From NCBI GenBank assembly GCA_964106915.2, contig OZ066924.1: a stretch of DNA of 64,000 nt; one strand, given 5' to 3'. This document shows positions 11,991 through 24,565 of the stretch, in pieces. Positions within the stretch are counted from its first letter, which is position 1. The number at the start of each line of letters is the position of its first letter. Made by a program: the position numbers and the translations under genes. Source of the stretch: Podarcis gaigeae. Lineage: Eukaryota. Under the pieces are notes generated by a model, which saw nothing but the letters and a program-made list of their open reading frames with translations, ran no database searches and had not been told where the DNA came from.

Positions 11991-12129
11991 CATAGAATTG
12001 TAGAGTTGGAAGGGGCCATGAGGGTCATCTAGTCCAACCCCCTGCATTGCAGGAATCTTTTGCCCAACATGGGGCTTGAACCCACAACCCTGAGATTAAG
12101 AGTCTTGTGCTCTAGAAACTGAGCTAGCC
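11991..12129 (-). mobile_element. tRNA-Lys-derived SINE with CR1-type tail
   Basis: Minus strand gctagctcag..tagagca..gactcttaatctcagggttgtgggttcaagccccatgttgggc matches tRNA-Lys(CTT); followed by attcctgcaatgcagggggttggactagatgacc..ccttccaactctacaattcta. Confidence 0.85.
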
Positions 12130-12199
12130 TTCTCAAGTAATCCTGTGATGCTATATGCATAGAAAAGTACACCACATCTTTCACTGACACTGAGATTTA

Positions 12200-12530
12200 T
12201 AAGGATGGGTGAATCTGTCAATTTCAGTTTCTCAAATCCTCTTTTTTTTTTAGTCCTCATGAAAGCCCTCATGTGATTTTTCTCCCAATATATACTTTTT
12301 AGTTTGCAATTTTGCATAATCTACAGTTTCCTCATATATAATGCTTTTTCATCTGTTACTTTCATAAATATATGCATTTTAAGGCATGCTTTATCTAGTA
12401 TATGCATTTTATTCAATACATTACTTGTTTGATGGGTGTTTGTGTTCTAGTTTGTATATTGTTTCAGAAAGTGTGTAATAGGTAGATTTGCCTTTAAATG
12501 AAAACTGAATCACATTTCTGCCCCAGTTCT
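12200..12530 (+). mobile_element. Old non-autonomous hAT (Ac-like TAGGGATG TIR family)
   Basis: Similar to copies at ~48520-48880, ~49900-50190, 52800-53223 and 57822-58283. Confidence 0.55.
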
Positions 12531-13161
12531 AGATTTGAATGGGCTCAGCAAGAATCTCAAAGCCCCTGTGTACATACTCATCTTCAGACCTTTACACTGA
12601 AAATCAGTCTTTGTATAACTACTATGTGTCTGTACTTAAAAAGACCACTCTCTGGTGTCTTGGCCACCCCACTTCTCCCCATCCAGCAGCAGGGAGCAAA
12701 AACCACACAGAGAGAGTCCTCTGGAATCCTTACCTGCCTCCTTTAGCAGGTGAAAGGAAATATCTAGAAATGGAGAGGGATGACTCACATATTGGAGTCC
12801 TTGGACAATGCACCCATTGAGACTATTTTTAAAATAATATATAATTTAAAGAAACCCAGCAGGGAACCCATCCCATACGTTGTGGAAACGAGACCAAACA
12901 AAACAAAACATTATGCAAGAGTCGATCTTGTTCCAGGTCTAGGCTTATTATAATTAAGAATAAATACTTAAAAGGTCAACAGACTTGAATCCTTTCCTCC
13001 TTCTTGTCAGATACTTTAACTGAACATTTATTTTAAAGGCAAAAGGGATGGACTGTTCAACTGCAACACCTATAAGGGACAGAGGATGTGGCTGGGATCC
13101 AAAGAGAGAGGCCCAAGCACACCTGGACCACTCCTTTCAGATGCATCAATGATGACTTCAG

Positions 13162-13307
13162 AGGAAGGGCCGTAGGTAGCTCAGTGGTAGAGCATCAGCC
13201 ATGTCCCAGGTTCAAGGCTCAGCATCTCCAGAAAAGGCTGAAATGTTGGAGAGCTGTTGCCAGTTAGTGTGGACAACACTGAGCTAGATTGACCAGCAGT
13301 ATAAGAC
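13162..13307 (+). mobile_element. tRNA(Ala-like)-derived SINE, Squam3-like
   Basis: tagctcagtggtagagca A-box, ggttcaa B-box, ggagagctgttgccagttagtgtggacaacactgagctagat body; minus copy at 24390-24565. Confidence 0.7.
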
Positions 13308-14087
13308 TGTGAGGAATGTTGAAGCAAGAGTTTTGGTGCCAAACTGGTTTTCAGATGTCATGCAGTACAATCAGACGTTCCTGTTGAAGAAGCTCAGCCT
13401 ACGACTGAGCAGGACGTAAGGAAAGGCTTACAAAGCAAAACAAAAGCATTATCTTTATTTTAAAATTCCTCCATCAGAAGTTGGCTTAAGGGAAGGCTCC
13501 AGACACTTTAAGAATTACCATGCTTTTCCTTTCCTGTTTATAAACGTTTGAGGACTTTAATAAAAATAAATAAATCACCCACCAAAGTATCTTCCTCATG
13601 TAAGGAGCAATGTAATAACAGAGGTCTGGTCACATTGACAGTAAGATTACAGAAGAATCCACTGACCCAAGCCTGCAGAACAACCAAAAGTTAACTATTT
13701 TGCCACTCCATGATTTCAGTAGGAGAGTTAGGCTGAACTCCTTGCCACGTTTACATGAAAGTATATTCTGCTGGCCACAAGGTGGGTGGGGTTGCTTTCA
13801 AGTAATCATGCATGGGATTGCACTGTAAAGCATATTCATTTTATTTGTATGTATTATATGTTTACTTCCCTCCCAGCAACAACATATTGACATTCTTAAT
13901 CACTTTTTTTTTGTTTTTAGTTTTTAAAAAGCTACAGTTCCCTGAGTGGTTTAACAAACAATGCTGCTTCCCAGGGAGCTCTGTGAATTGTACTATGTGA
14001 GAGGAATAGGGGCCTTTTAACAACTCTCAGCACCCTAACAAACTACAGTTCCCAGAATTCTTTGGGGGAAGCCATGGCAGTTTAGAG

Positions 14088-14455
14088 CTAAACGGCCTCG
14101 GTCCAGTATACTTGAAGGAGCGTCTCCACCCCCATGATTCTGCCCGGACGCTGAGGTCCAGCGCCGAGGGCCTTCTGGCGGTTCCCTCATTGCGAGAAGC
14201 AAAGCTACAGGGAACCAGGCAAAGGGCCTTCTCGGTAGTGGCGCCCACCCTGTGGAACGCCCTTCCAGCAGATGTCAAAGCGATAAACAACTACCTGACA
14301 TTCAGAAGACATCTTAAGACAGCCCTGTTCAGGGAAGTTTTTAACGTGTGATATTTTACTGTATTTTTGTTTCTGTGGAAGCCACCCAGAGTGGCTGGGG
14401 AGGCCCAGCCAGATGGGCGGGGTATAAATAATAAATAATTATAATAATTAATAAA
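14088..14455 (+). mobile_element. L2-clade LINE 3' end, inserted in an older MITE
   Basis: Open frame LNGLGPVYLKERL...RAFSVVAPTLWNALP...FRRHLKTALF; 3' tail ccagatgggcggggtataaat(aat)n; flanking MITE halves at ~13925-14085 and ~14455-14496. Confidence 0.88.
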
Positions 14456-15320
14456 GTGGTATTATAGCATTTTAAATGGATGGTGTGATTGTGGCCTTGT
14501 TGGGCCTTCCTTTTCTTCCAAGCCTCTGATTGGTTCTCAGAACCAGAAGTCACCTGTATTCCTTTTCCTTAATTATTACAGCTGCTTCAGTGACTCTAAC
14601 AAAGAGAACCACCCTGCAGTAACAGTATATGCTGTAGTTGAGCCAGAGGGGTTGGCAAGCTTTCAGTAAGAACTGCTACTTAACAAAGGAACTTAATCTT
14701 TGCTTTAATAGAAACCAAAACTGAGGCCTAGAGCTTCTAACAGCAGCCAGCCATCCTATCAAATACACAGACAACATCCAGGGGTGACATCTTTCTCTCT
14801 CGCCTCTGGAAGGCGGAAGGCCCCTCCTACAGCTATGAACTTGTTCCTTTTCCCTGCACCATTGCATGTGCTTTATCACAACACAGACAATAAACAAATT
14901 GACTCCTGCACAGTGAGCATCTTTCTGAAGCAAGCAATTTTCAGAAGAAAAGCAGCAGAAAAGCACAGGTGAACAAGTATCCCATCAAGCTCTCATTTTA
15001 GCAACTGTCTTCCTTTAACATTTTCCAGGATGTGAAAAGGTGAGTGGGAAAACACCTGAAAAATATAGAATATTGATGAATGAGGAATGCATTTCTGTGC
15101 TTTGCTGATATACACTATTGGATAGGCTATTGAAAAAAACAGTGTTGTGTTTTGTCACACATATTTGACTGCCACTTTGATATTGTTTTGTTTGTTTTGC
15201 TAGGGTTACATGATAAAATTTTAAACCATAACACTGTTCTGAGTTTGAGAGGTGGGGTCAGTCTGGATGATACCCTGAGTCCCTTCTAGTTATTGGAATC
15301 CTGTATCTGTGAGAGTAGAA

Positions 15321-16158
15321 TGTATAAGAACAAGCTTGCCAAGCCAGTTCCTCTATTAAGGTAATGCTTTTGGTTAGTTAGTTAAGTAGCATAAACAAAG
15401 AAGTTGTTCTGTGCCATAGAACAAATGGGTGGGCCTTCCCCCCAACCTCTGCACACTCAGCAGTTAGGTAGGAGAGCAAAAGCCACTGCTGTTGATATGG
15501 GCTGGAAGCAGGCCTGAAACAGGAGACATAGACATTCTTGATCTGTACTGGGCTTTGGGGCTCCCCTGGAAGCTTAGTGGGGAAACAAGATCTCCTGGGG
15601 TGTTAATGCTTAGAGCCCCTCCATCTTGTTCTCGGGTGTGTGTGTGTATTTATATATATATATAAATAAAACAATATATCCTAAACACACAACAGAACGA
15701 ACTCCATTCTAAGGAAACCGAACCCTGGGTATGCATACCTGGAATCTCTCTCTTTTTTAAAAAAGATATTTATTAAGGATTTCAATATTAATACAATAAA
15801 AAATAAAAAATAACAAAAATACAAAAAATAAAAATAGTTAAAAACACACAAAGTTTCCATAACTTATTTTCCCTTAACTTATTTCCTCATACCTCCCTTT
15901 TTTGTATTCCAATTCAAATTGGAAGTTCAGCAAATCCTTATCAATAAGCTTTAACCTACTTCTAAACCTTTTTTCCATATTCTCTTAAACATTACAGCTG
16001 GAAACCACTTAATTTCTATCCGACATCGTTCTAACATCATTAATTTTGCAATATTTCTGTAAGTAGTCTTTGAATTTCTTCCAATCTTCTTCCGCCGGCT
16101 CTTCTCCCTGGTCTCGGCTCTTCTCCCTGGAATCTCTCACTGCTCGGAGATTGGGGGT
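15321..16158 (+). mobile_element. Solo LTR (ERV/Gypsy-like) interrupted by an L1 fragment
   Basis: Starts TGTA; AATAAA at 15665 after a (GT)n(TA)n tract; sequence resumes after the L1 TSD; 3' terminus eroded. Confidence 0.5.
15751..16125 (-). mobile_element. L1 LINE, short 5'-truncated copy
   Basis: A-rich tail and AATAAA on the minus strand; ORF2 end (RDQGEEPAEEDWKKFKDYLQKYCKIN) homologous to the L1 at 39828; 13-bp TSD cctggaatctctc (15738-15750, 16126-16138). Confidence 0.88.
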
Positions 16159-17520
16159 TGGGGCTTTGTTTTGCTAGGTTATAAAGTAATGTGTTGTGGT
16201 TCTGTATGGCATTGTTCCCAGTTCATCAATAGCCTTTCTTTCATGTAAAAAAAAAAAGTGCAAGAAGACTAATAAACTTGAAATCAAGGCTCCTGTACAT
16301 AGTCAAGGTTTCTGCTAGGGTTTTGCATGATACTGGTTAGGTGAGGGAGGCTTTGTGGAGCTTGGGGGATGAGAGCATGGAAAAATTGCGTAGCTCCACT
16401 TGCTTTTGTGTATTCCACCCCCCTTTCTGTTACACATCGTCTCAATTGCCACGGTCCCATTGGTGAAAGCTGTTGTATTTGGCAAATCCCAGGGCACTTG
16501 GCAAATCAGGCTTACTGAACTTTACACAACTGGTTTTGCTGGCTAGTTCCGTGTCAGTTAAACTCCTTTCTTAGATGCACTTCAGCCTTGACCGTTTTTT
16601 AGATTCTGTAAACAACTGAAGTAGCTAATGCGTCCAAATAGTACTTATACACATGTCAGTCTCCCCAGAGACGTGGATATTGTATGTTGCAATACAGGAG
16701 CTCAATTACACTAACAGTAACACAATATCGGTTCCTTTACTTCAGCACTGACATTATCCCAAACCTGTGCCATAGATTGAAAAGGGCCTGCGCTCCTGAG
16801 AAAGGGCCCTTATACCATGAATTTTTGGGGGTGATGGGCGCCATATTGTGCCAATTCCGGTAGGCCTGACCTTGGTTAGCCTGTTTGATAATTTGACAGT
16901 GGTCAAGATGGTTAGCAAACAGCGTTTCTGTGCAAAAGCAGAAGTTAACTTTAGTGAAATGAATACCTGTCCTTGTCATACTGTTTGTGGTGGCAATTGT
17001 AGCAAGGCAGGTGTAGTGGGTGGTTGGCTCCTTCCTGGTTTTGAAGCAGGTGGGAGAGGTTTCCCCCCTCCTTTCTAGTCATGCCGAGACTGGGGAACGC
17101 TCACGAGGCTTTAACCGCCAATCTGAGTGGGAGCTGGCTTGTGCAGGGGCAGGGCTTTGTGGCAGACCAGAGGGAAAACTTCCAGATGTAAATAGAGTGA
17201 TGATGTGCCCTGCTTTACAGAGGACAGTCCTCTAAATGAAATAGTCATCTATTTGAAGGCCTGTCCAGTCATACGTTGAAAGATAAGGAAGAGCAAAGGT
17301 CTTCTAGTTGCTGATTCCTGGACATCAGACCAAGCAGGTGCAAAGGTAACCTGGTTGCAGTCTTCTCTGCTATGCTGAGATATCTATTTAAGTTTAAATT
17401 ATAGTCTTTTTTCTTATTTGTTTTTAATCTATCCAGATACTCTTAGCTTATGCCAGGCTGGGGGACCTGTGTCCATTCAGGTGTTGGACTCCCATCATCC
17501 TTGATCAGGTTCAGGCTGCC

Positions 17521-17665
17521 TGGAGAGCTCAGTTGGTTAGAGCATGCTGAGGATAATGCCAAGGTTGCAGGTTTGATCGCTGTATGAAACAGCTGCCTAT
17601 TCCTGCATTGCAGGGGGTTGGACTAGATGATCCTCAGAGGGTCCCTTCCAACTCTACAATTCAAT
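17521..17665 (+). mobile_element. tRNA-Ile-derived SINE with CR1-type tail, inserted in a palindromic MITE
   Basis: agctcagttggttagagc..ataatgccaaggttgcaggtttgatc..gta matches tRNA-Ile; tail same as the 11991 element; further copy at 61365-61491. Confidence 0.8.
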
Positions 17666-18544
17666 GTGTCGATGTGATGTTGGGAGTCCAACAATATCTG
17701 GCTTAGTGAAAACGGTTTGCTCATGTGTTCTCTTTTTGGGGTTGCCGGGTGATGCACAAGTGGCCACCCTAGAAGGGCAAGGTTAGTAAAAACCGTACCG
17801 TGGGGGCTCTGTGCTTTGTGCCAATAGGGCTCAGAGGGTTTTTGGGATGTCAGAGTATATGCAAACAATGGGTGTAAAAAGAAGCTTAGTGGAGAAAAGG
17901 GTGCTCATTCCTGAGCATCTGAAAGTGCACATAACAAGGTAGGTGCTTCTCATGCTGCAATTGCCCAGTTAATCTTTAGGCTACTGGCAGATGCTGTTTT
18001 GTTTCTAACCAGAACAGTCGCTGCTGTGTTGTTATTTTTATAGCCCTGCTCAATTACATTTTAACAGCAGCCTGCCACATAGAAAATAAGCAGGTATAGC
18101 TTTTCCTAGCATGGAAATAAGTGGTGGAAAAAGCTCCAGCTGCATTGCTAACCACTGGACAGGCGGCTGTTTAAAGCAGAGGAGCAAGACCAGTAAAAAT
18201 AATGGCACAAGTCATTGAGGAGTGGGGGGGGGGCAGGGGAAGTGTCTGGCAGAAGGGAAAACACTTCAGGAAGTGATTGAAGAGAAGCATCAACCATGTT
18301 GAAGGTACGCAGGGAGTGCTTTAAACCACTTTAGAGTGGAGACCTTTGCAAACTTTTTAGGACATAAGGACCATTGGGGGGAAAAGAGCATACTGTAAGG
18401 ATCCCCGTCCCATCTCTGTAATGCTGTCCCACTTTTGCCTTGTTGTGGGGACCCTGTGAAGTCACCTTTGTGATAAAAACCCTGGATGAAATGCAGTCCA
18501 GAACCACAGTTGCAATTCTGATTCCACCTCATTGTGCAAGGGTA

Positions 18545-19058
18545 CTGTATTTTTCCATGTACCGTATAAGACGATATTTTTTCCTTAGAAATAATAGGCA
18601 AAAAATGTGGGTCGTCTTATACATGGATAGCAGAGGGGGTCGGGCGATTGGTAGCAGCAGCCAGCAGGAGATTGGCAGCGGTGATGGGGCGTGTGATTGG
18701 TTGCTGCGGCAAGGCCTACTGATGATTGGCTGCGGCTGCGGCAATTGGACGTTGATTTATGGCAGCGGCGAGGCGTGCATGCAATCGGCTGTGGTTGCGT
18801 CAAGTGGGCAGGTGGGCTTTTGGTGGCGAATGTGCAGACGGTTGGTGGCCGTGGCGATTTGCAGTGGTGGGCAGGCTGTAGAGCTGTAGAGCGGCAGCGA
18901 CCCCCCACCGAAAAGCTCAACAACTCTGGGCAATCTCCATCCCCCCCAAAAAAGCTGAACAACTTTGGGCAAACCCCCCCCCCACATTTTTTTGTTGCGG
19001 TCCCCCAAAATAGGGGTCGTCTTATACATGGGGGCGTGTTATACACAGAAAAATACGG
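18545..19058. mobile_element. Tc1/mariner (Tc2-like) non-autonomous element
   Basis: TA|ctgtatttttc..tataagacg ... ttatacacagaaaaatacgg|TA; GC-rich interior with repeated gattgg. Confidence 0.8.
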
Positions 19059-19922
19059 TAATTCCTCAGCTGCACAAAACAGCTGGCTCTCAGTTTACAT
19101 CCATCCCTTGTAGTATGTGCTAGCACCACCAACCCACCATAGACTGGGACATTTGCAGGATCAGATTGTCCTTGTGGTCTCAGCAGCATTAAAAAAGCAC
19201 AGAGAGAAAGTTTATGCTCTGTTGGCATTTTGTGTTTCTGTTTCGGAACCGACAGCAGGCAAATCTGGATGCTTGCTTGGAAAACGAACAATCCGTATAC
19301 GTGGGTCCAATCCCCAAATCGTATCTTGTAAAGCACAGCTGGTATCCTTACTATCGTCAGAATTAGAGCTCCCTCGGCCAACATTTGGCACCAGGCTTCT
19401 AGTCATGCGGAGGGGGAAACCTCTGTGGTGCTTCCTTGTGCTTGCAGCGCAAATCCCTACTCACCATTGCATTTCTGTTGTAGTATTCTTCTTCTGCATT
19501 TGACATTACTCTAGCCTTCATCAACCTGCTGCCCTGGCCATGGTGGCTGGGAATTATGGGAACTGGTGTCCAAAACATCAGGATGGTATCAGGTTGTGTG
19601 AAGGCTACTGAAGCCATGACATGTCTTAATTCCTCACATATTTTCCTTCCTTCTGTTTTGTGTGTGGAGAGAAGAGTTCTGGCAATCATAAAGATCTTTT
19701 ATGTCCTTCAAGCATCTGGCAAAACAGCAGGCTAAATTATTAAGCCTTCTTCACAGCTATTTAGCAGTGTATTTCTGCTTCAAGTCCTTTAATGTGGAAT
19801 TTTTGCTTACAGACACTGTGGGGAAACATTTCTGAAACATTTCCAAGCTTGTCATATATTCAAGAATATCCAATATTTAAACTTGAATGTATTTTGCATA
19901 GGGGAAATTAGTGGACTTCAAA

Positions 19923-21239
19923 CAGTGGCGTAGCGTGGGGGGTGCAAGGGGTGCCGGCCGCACCGGGCGCAACATCTGGGGGGGGCGCACTCGCAGCCTC
20001 CGGAGTTGCCGAAGAGCCTCGGGCGCAGAGTTTAACTCTGAGCTGCCTGTGATGTGGAGGGCACGACTGTTCCGCGGGGGGCGTGGTGTGGATCTGTACC
20101 GTTTGCCGCTTTGATCTGGCGCCTTTTGCGGAGAGCACAAGACGGGCACGTCGCTTTGCGGGAGCCGGGAAGAGGAACCTGGTTCAGTCCCGCGGGGCTC
20201 GCTTCTCTTGTGAGCCCCCCCCAGCAGCCTCCCGCTGCCCACGCTGCGCTTCTCCGCCCCCGCCCCTTCTCCTCTCTGTCAGCAGCCGTCTGTGTCTGAT
20301 TTGAGAGGAGAACGGAGGCGAGGCGAGGCGGCTGCAGCCAGCGACCCCCCTCCGCCTCCCACCCCGGGGCTACCAGAAGCCCTCCTCGGCTTCAGCTGGG
20401 GACAGAGAGTGCGCCTGCTCTTCCCTGCGGGCCGCTGCCCCATTGGAAGGGCGGCGGAGGAGCTGCAAGCCGGGGTGCGCGCCATGAGCCTCAGCCTTGG
20501 GGTTCAGGGGCCAGTGGTGGAAGCAGGGCCAGTGGTGGAAGTGCGGCGCTTTCCCCGGGTTGCTGGGCGCGGGGAGCCCTCGGGGCGCAGGAAGAGGCAG
20601 CGCTCCTGGCTGCAGGTCCGAGGCCCGGCTGCTGCCCGCCTCTCGCGGCAGGAGGGAGTTGCGCTGCCGCCGCCGCCCGCAAGGAGCCAGCCACTCGCTG
20701 CCTGTGAGGCTCCTCTCTGGCCGGCCTGCCAACTGGGCTCATCCTCCTTGCCAGCGCAGGCAGCGGGCTCTGCTCCCGGGGGACCTCCTGGGGGAGCGCA
20801 GCAAAGGGGCGCCCTTCTCAGCCTCCCCAGCAAAGGGGCACAAGCAAAGGGCACGTCCCGGCGCTGTGGTCGTGCCCTTTGCTCCGCTGCAAGCCACGCT
20901 GCCGCTCGCCTTCGCCTTTCACAACAGCCCCGCAGGGTAACCCAGGCTGCGAGGTCAACCCAGCGAGAACTCTCCGAGGCTTCTCTCGGGCCCCAGACCA
21001 GCCCTCCAGCGCCGCCACGGCCGGTCTCTTGAGTCCGTTGCCAGGCCACGGAGGGCCAGCAGCCAAGCCTGACAAGCGCAGAATATAGAGGCTTGTGGGG
21101 GGGGGGGCGCCACGGCGTGGGGCGCAAATTACTTGCCTTGCCCCGGGTTAGGGGGCGCAAATTACTTCCCTTGCCCCAGGTTAGGGGGCGCAAATTACTT
21201 CCCTTGCCCCGGGTGCTGACAACCCACGCTACGCCGCTG
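19923..21239. mobile_element. GC/CpG-rich non-autonomous hAT transposon (Tip100-like TIR), 1317 bp
   Basis: 17-bp TIRs cagtggcgtagcgtggg / cccacgctacgccgctg (1 mismatch); perfect 8-bp TSD acttcaaa (19915-19922, 21240-21247); no transposase. Confidence 0.92.
21119..21215. repeat. Three subterminal 33-bp tandem repeats
   Basis: ggggcgcaaattacttNccttgccccNggtta x3. Confidence 0.9.
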
Positions 21240-22402
21240 ACTTCAAATGATTCCTGTGTGGTGCTGGATTGTATATGGAATTCTGGGCTGATCTGTGGGC
21301 TAATTGTGTAAACCTCTGATGTCTTGGCTTCCTGCTGTATCAAATGGACATAAAATTAATTACAATTGAATATTTTGAGACCTTGTATGGCAAACTCAGC
21401 AGAAATACAAGGCTAGCATCTGATGGATACTGAGGGATCTTTCTATTTCAGTTTCACATCTGCTCAGTCATAGGTCTGTTCCACCCTGGGTTTTATTGCG
21501 TTGGTTTTTTTAAAAGTACGGAAAATTCATACTTAAATTCTCCTAAAAATAAGCTTTCTCATTGTAATTGAATTTTGTGATGTAGTTTCAGAGAAGTGTG
21601 TAATCCAATTTATAGCTGCATTCTGATCTGCATATAAGTCACAGGTTGGTGAATTAATTAGGTTTAAAATGCAGCTGAAACAAATTTCTGATTTGTCCCT
21701 ACAAATGTTTAGAAAAGCTCATGCCACAATATGTGTGTCTGCAGCACACCACAGCAGCCAGTGTATGAATCTGTCTTATGCTAGGCCAGAGTGTTTGCCA
21801 TGTAGACTAGTACTGTCCACTCAGGCTGGCAGCAGCTCGCCAGATCTTTCTCAGTCCAACAGTTGAGCATTGTTCCTTCAAAACATGTGCTCTGCCATCC
21901 ACTTTATTGTGGGGGTTTTTGGGGGGAGTGTGTGTGTATGTCTGTATGTCAGCCTTATCAGGGACACATCTCTAAACCTCTAAATCACTCAATTATGTGA
22001 TTGGAAGCTCCTCATGAGGGTCTTTCGTGCCTCTATGCTAGAGTCATTTTTAAACATATTCCCAGATGATTGTGGCCTGTTCACAGTTAAATGGTCCCAT
22101 GCATCTTGGAAAACATCTAAAGCTTTTGTGGGGAACCTGTGAATGCTCTCCAGGCATTGCTGAACTAACAACAACTTTACTAATTATACCCTGTCCATCT
22201 GGCTAGGTTGCCCCAGCCACTCTAAGATGTCCATCTTCCCTGGCCACTGGCCATGCTTGCTGAGGCTGCTGGGAGTTGTAGTCCAGCAACACTGAGAAAA
22301 AAATCAAATAGGCATCTCCCCGCCACACACCAAAAAAGCTTTCCTGGATGCAAACTGATAGTGATTTAACAATCCCCAGGTAATGGGGACAGTTTGACTA
22401 TA

Positions 22403-22628
22403 CAGTGGTACCTCAGGTTAAGTACTTAATTCGTTCCAGAGGGCCGTTCTTAACCTGAAACTGTTCTTAACCTGAAGCACCACTTTAGCTAATGGGGCCT
22501 CCCGCTGCTGCTGCGCCGCCGGAGCATGATTTCTGTTCTTATCCTGAAGCAAAGTTCTTAACCTGAAGCACTATTTCTGGGTTAGCGGAGTCTGTAACCT
22601 GAAGTGTATGTAACCCGAGGTACCACTG
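22403..22628. mobile_element. Tigger-like MITE (cagtggtacctc family)
   Basis: TA|cagtggtacctc ... gaggtaccactg|TA. Confidence 0.9.
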
Positions 22629-23493
22629 TACATGTATTAGGTCACATCCACACCATATGCTTAAAACATATTTATACCCATCACGGCTCCCCCCAAAGAA
22701 TCCTGGGAACTGTAGTTTACCCATCACAGTGCTTTGATCAGAACCAGGCGCTGCTTTCACTGATGGGAACAGACCCACATTCCCTGACATAGTGCATGTT
22801 TGCAATCCCGACATTCCCCCAGGACAAGAGTCTCTTGTGAGTGATGATGCCATGCCTTATTTTTAATGGCTTGGTGGGAAGGTCAGGGAACCTTACTGGG
22901 ACATATTTGATAATTTCACCCTGAACTGTAATTCCTCAGCTCTGCGTCTGCTACTGAATCTGTACTGTGACCTTCCTGAATAAAGATCTTTCTTACTTAA
23001 GAGCCTCAGTTTGTTTAAAAGCCTTCTGTGTTTAAAAGTTAAAAAAGATAAATTTTACTTAGCAATCTTACCAAGGAGTTCCCTCTGTCTGCAGTTTGCT
23101 GGCCAGATCACATCTCTCGTGGAGAACCTGCCGGCTAGCCTGAAGAACAGCCCCACCTGGGACAAAGTTGTTGCGTTGCCAAGATCAATTGGGAGCAGCC
23201 TCCTTGGAAGAAAGGAGGGTCGTGCTATATTTCCCCTTCTGTTTTCCTGGAATAGATGCTAAACTAACTGGCCTATAATTTCATGGTTCCCCCTGGATCT
23301 CTTACCAATAATTATTTCAGTACTATCATTTAGTGTTTAAGATGGTTCCTGCTTGGATGATTGGAAAGGAAATAAAAACCAATGAAATGCAATAAATCTA
23401 TTTTTGCTACAGTATCAGCCCCTCCTCTCCAAAGCCCTCCATTTTGCCTATTGTGAAGCATGCTGGTAACATTTTGTCTTGTACACTTCCTGG

Positions 23494-23524
<31 letters not shown>
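23494..23524. repeat. (GAT)n microsatellite
   Basis: About 10 units seen directly. Confidence 0.9.
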
Positions 23525-23527
<3 letters not shown>

Positions 23528-24389
23528 AAAGGTGCATACACACCTTTGCAGTGTGTGCATGCCTACAATGGGGAAAAAGTGAGAGAGAGGTTCAATCTCC
23601 CACATCATGAATACATTCTGTCAACTTGTGTGGATGGCAAGTGGAGGAATAGCCATTAATATTAAGACTGAAAAATGTGTGGAGGTTAATGTGCCAATTG
23701 CACCCACAGGAAAATTGAATCTGTGTGGCCCATCTACTGTATGAAGTCCCCAACTGGAAGCACCCTAAATTAACAAAGGGCATTGTTAAGTAAGACTCAA
23801 CTGCCAGTTCCTTCGGTTTCTACACGTTGAATGTTGTGCGAGGGAATCATCTCTTCCTTTGCCTCAGGCAGCAAAATGTCTTGGGCCCTGCTAAAATGTG
23901 TAAAATTGGGGCTGCACCTATTTTCATGTTTAGTTGGAAGTAACTCCCAATAAGATCCATGTCACTTAGTAGAACAGTAAGGTGAATAGATGTTGACATT
24001 GGAAGATACAGATTCTCAGCCTCTAAAGAGTTGGGTGTTTGACATGGGAAAGGATGAGACAGAGGGATGATTCATACAATTTAACTGACATATTTCAAAG
24101 ATGGTTTAAGTTCTCATAATGTCTTTGTACCTGACGAAAACTGAACCTGGAGATTCAGATTCACCATGTAATGTGGCCCCTTGATCATTGTATAGAGTAG
24201 CATCTTCCTGTTGCCTGGTGGGCAACTTAGGGAAATTCGTTTTCCATCCACTATACTTTGGCAATGCTTGGTAGACCAATTAAGTTTCTCACAATCTGAA
24301 ACGGAGTATAGCATATGTTTCCGCTGTTTGTACTGCTGGAGAATGACTACACTTCAAGATAGAGCAGAGCACAATCTTTATTGGTGATC

Positions 24390-24565
24390 CACACAGGAAG
24401 TTATCAGACCATTGGATCAACTAGTGGTTTGTTTCTTTGTTTTTGCCAGCACTGACCAGTAATGACTCTTCAGGGTTTCAGACAGGAGTTTATCCCAGCT
24501 CTACCTGGAGATGTCAAGGATTGAACTTGGTACTTTATGCATGCAGAGTATGTGCTGTTCTACTT
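24390..24565 (-). mobile_element. Squam3-like tRNA SINE
   Basis: Reverse complement resembles the 13162 element (ctctacctggagatg, cagggtttcagacagg, cagaccattgg). Confidence 0.65.

Noticed and set aside
11991-12129. Functional tRNA-Lys gene (also tRNA-Ile at 17521 and tRNA-Ala-like at 13162)
   Set aside because: Stems are mutated and each is fused to a SINE body or tail
19212-19510. Minus-strand coding exon (NAEEEYYNRNAM|gtgagt)
   Set aside because: The donor is good, but there is no pyrimidine-rich acceptor, no recognisable protein and no partner exons
19877-21343. Long overlapping ORFs (246 aa, 279 aa and others) as a host gene or CpG-island first exon
   Set aside because: They lie almost entirely within a TIR/TSD-bounded GC-rich hAT element; stop-poor composition explains them and no recognisable domains are present
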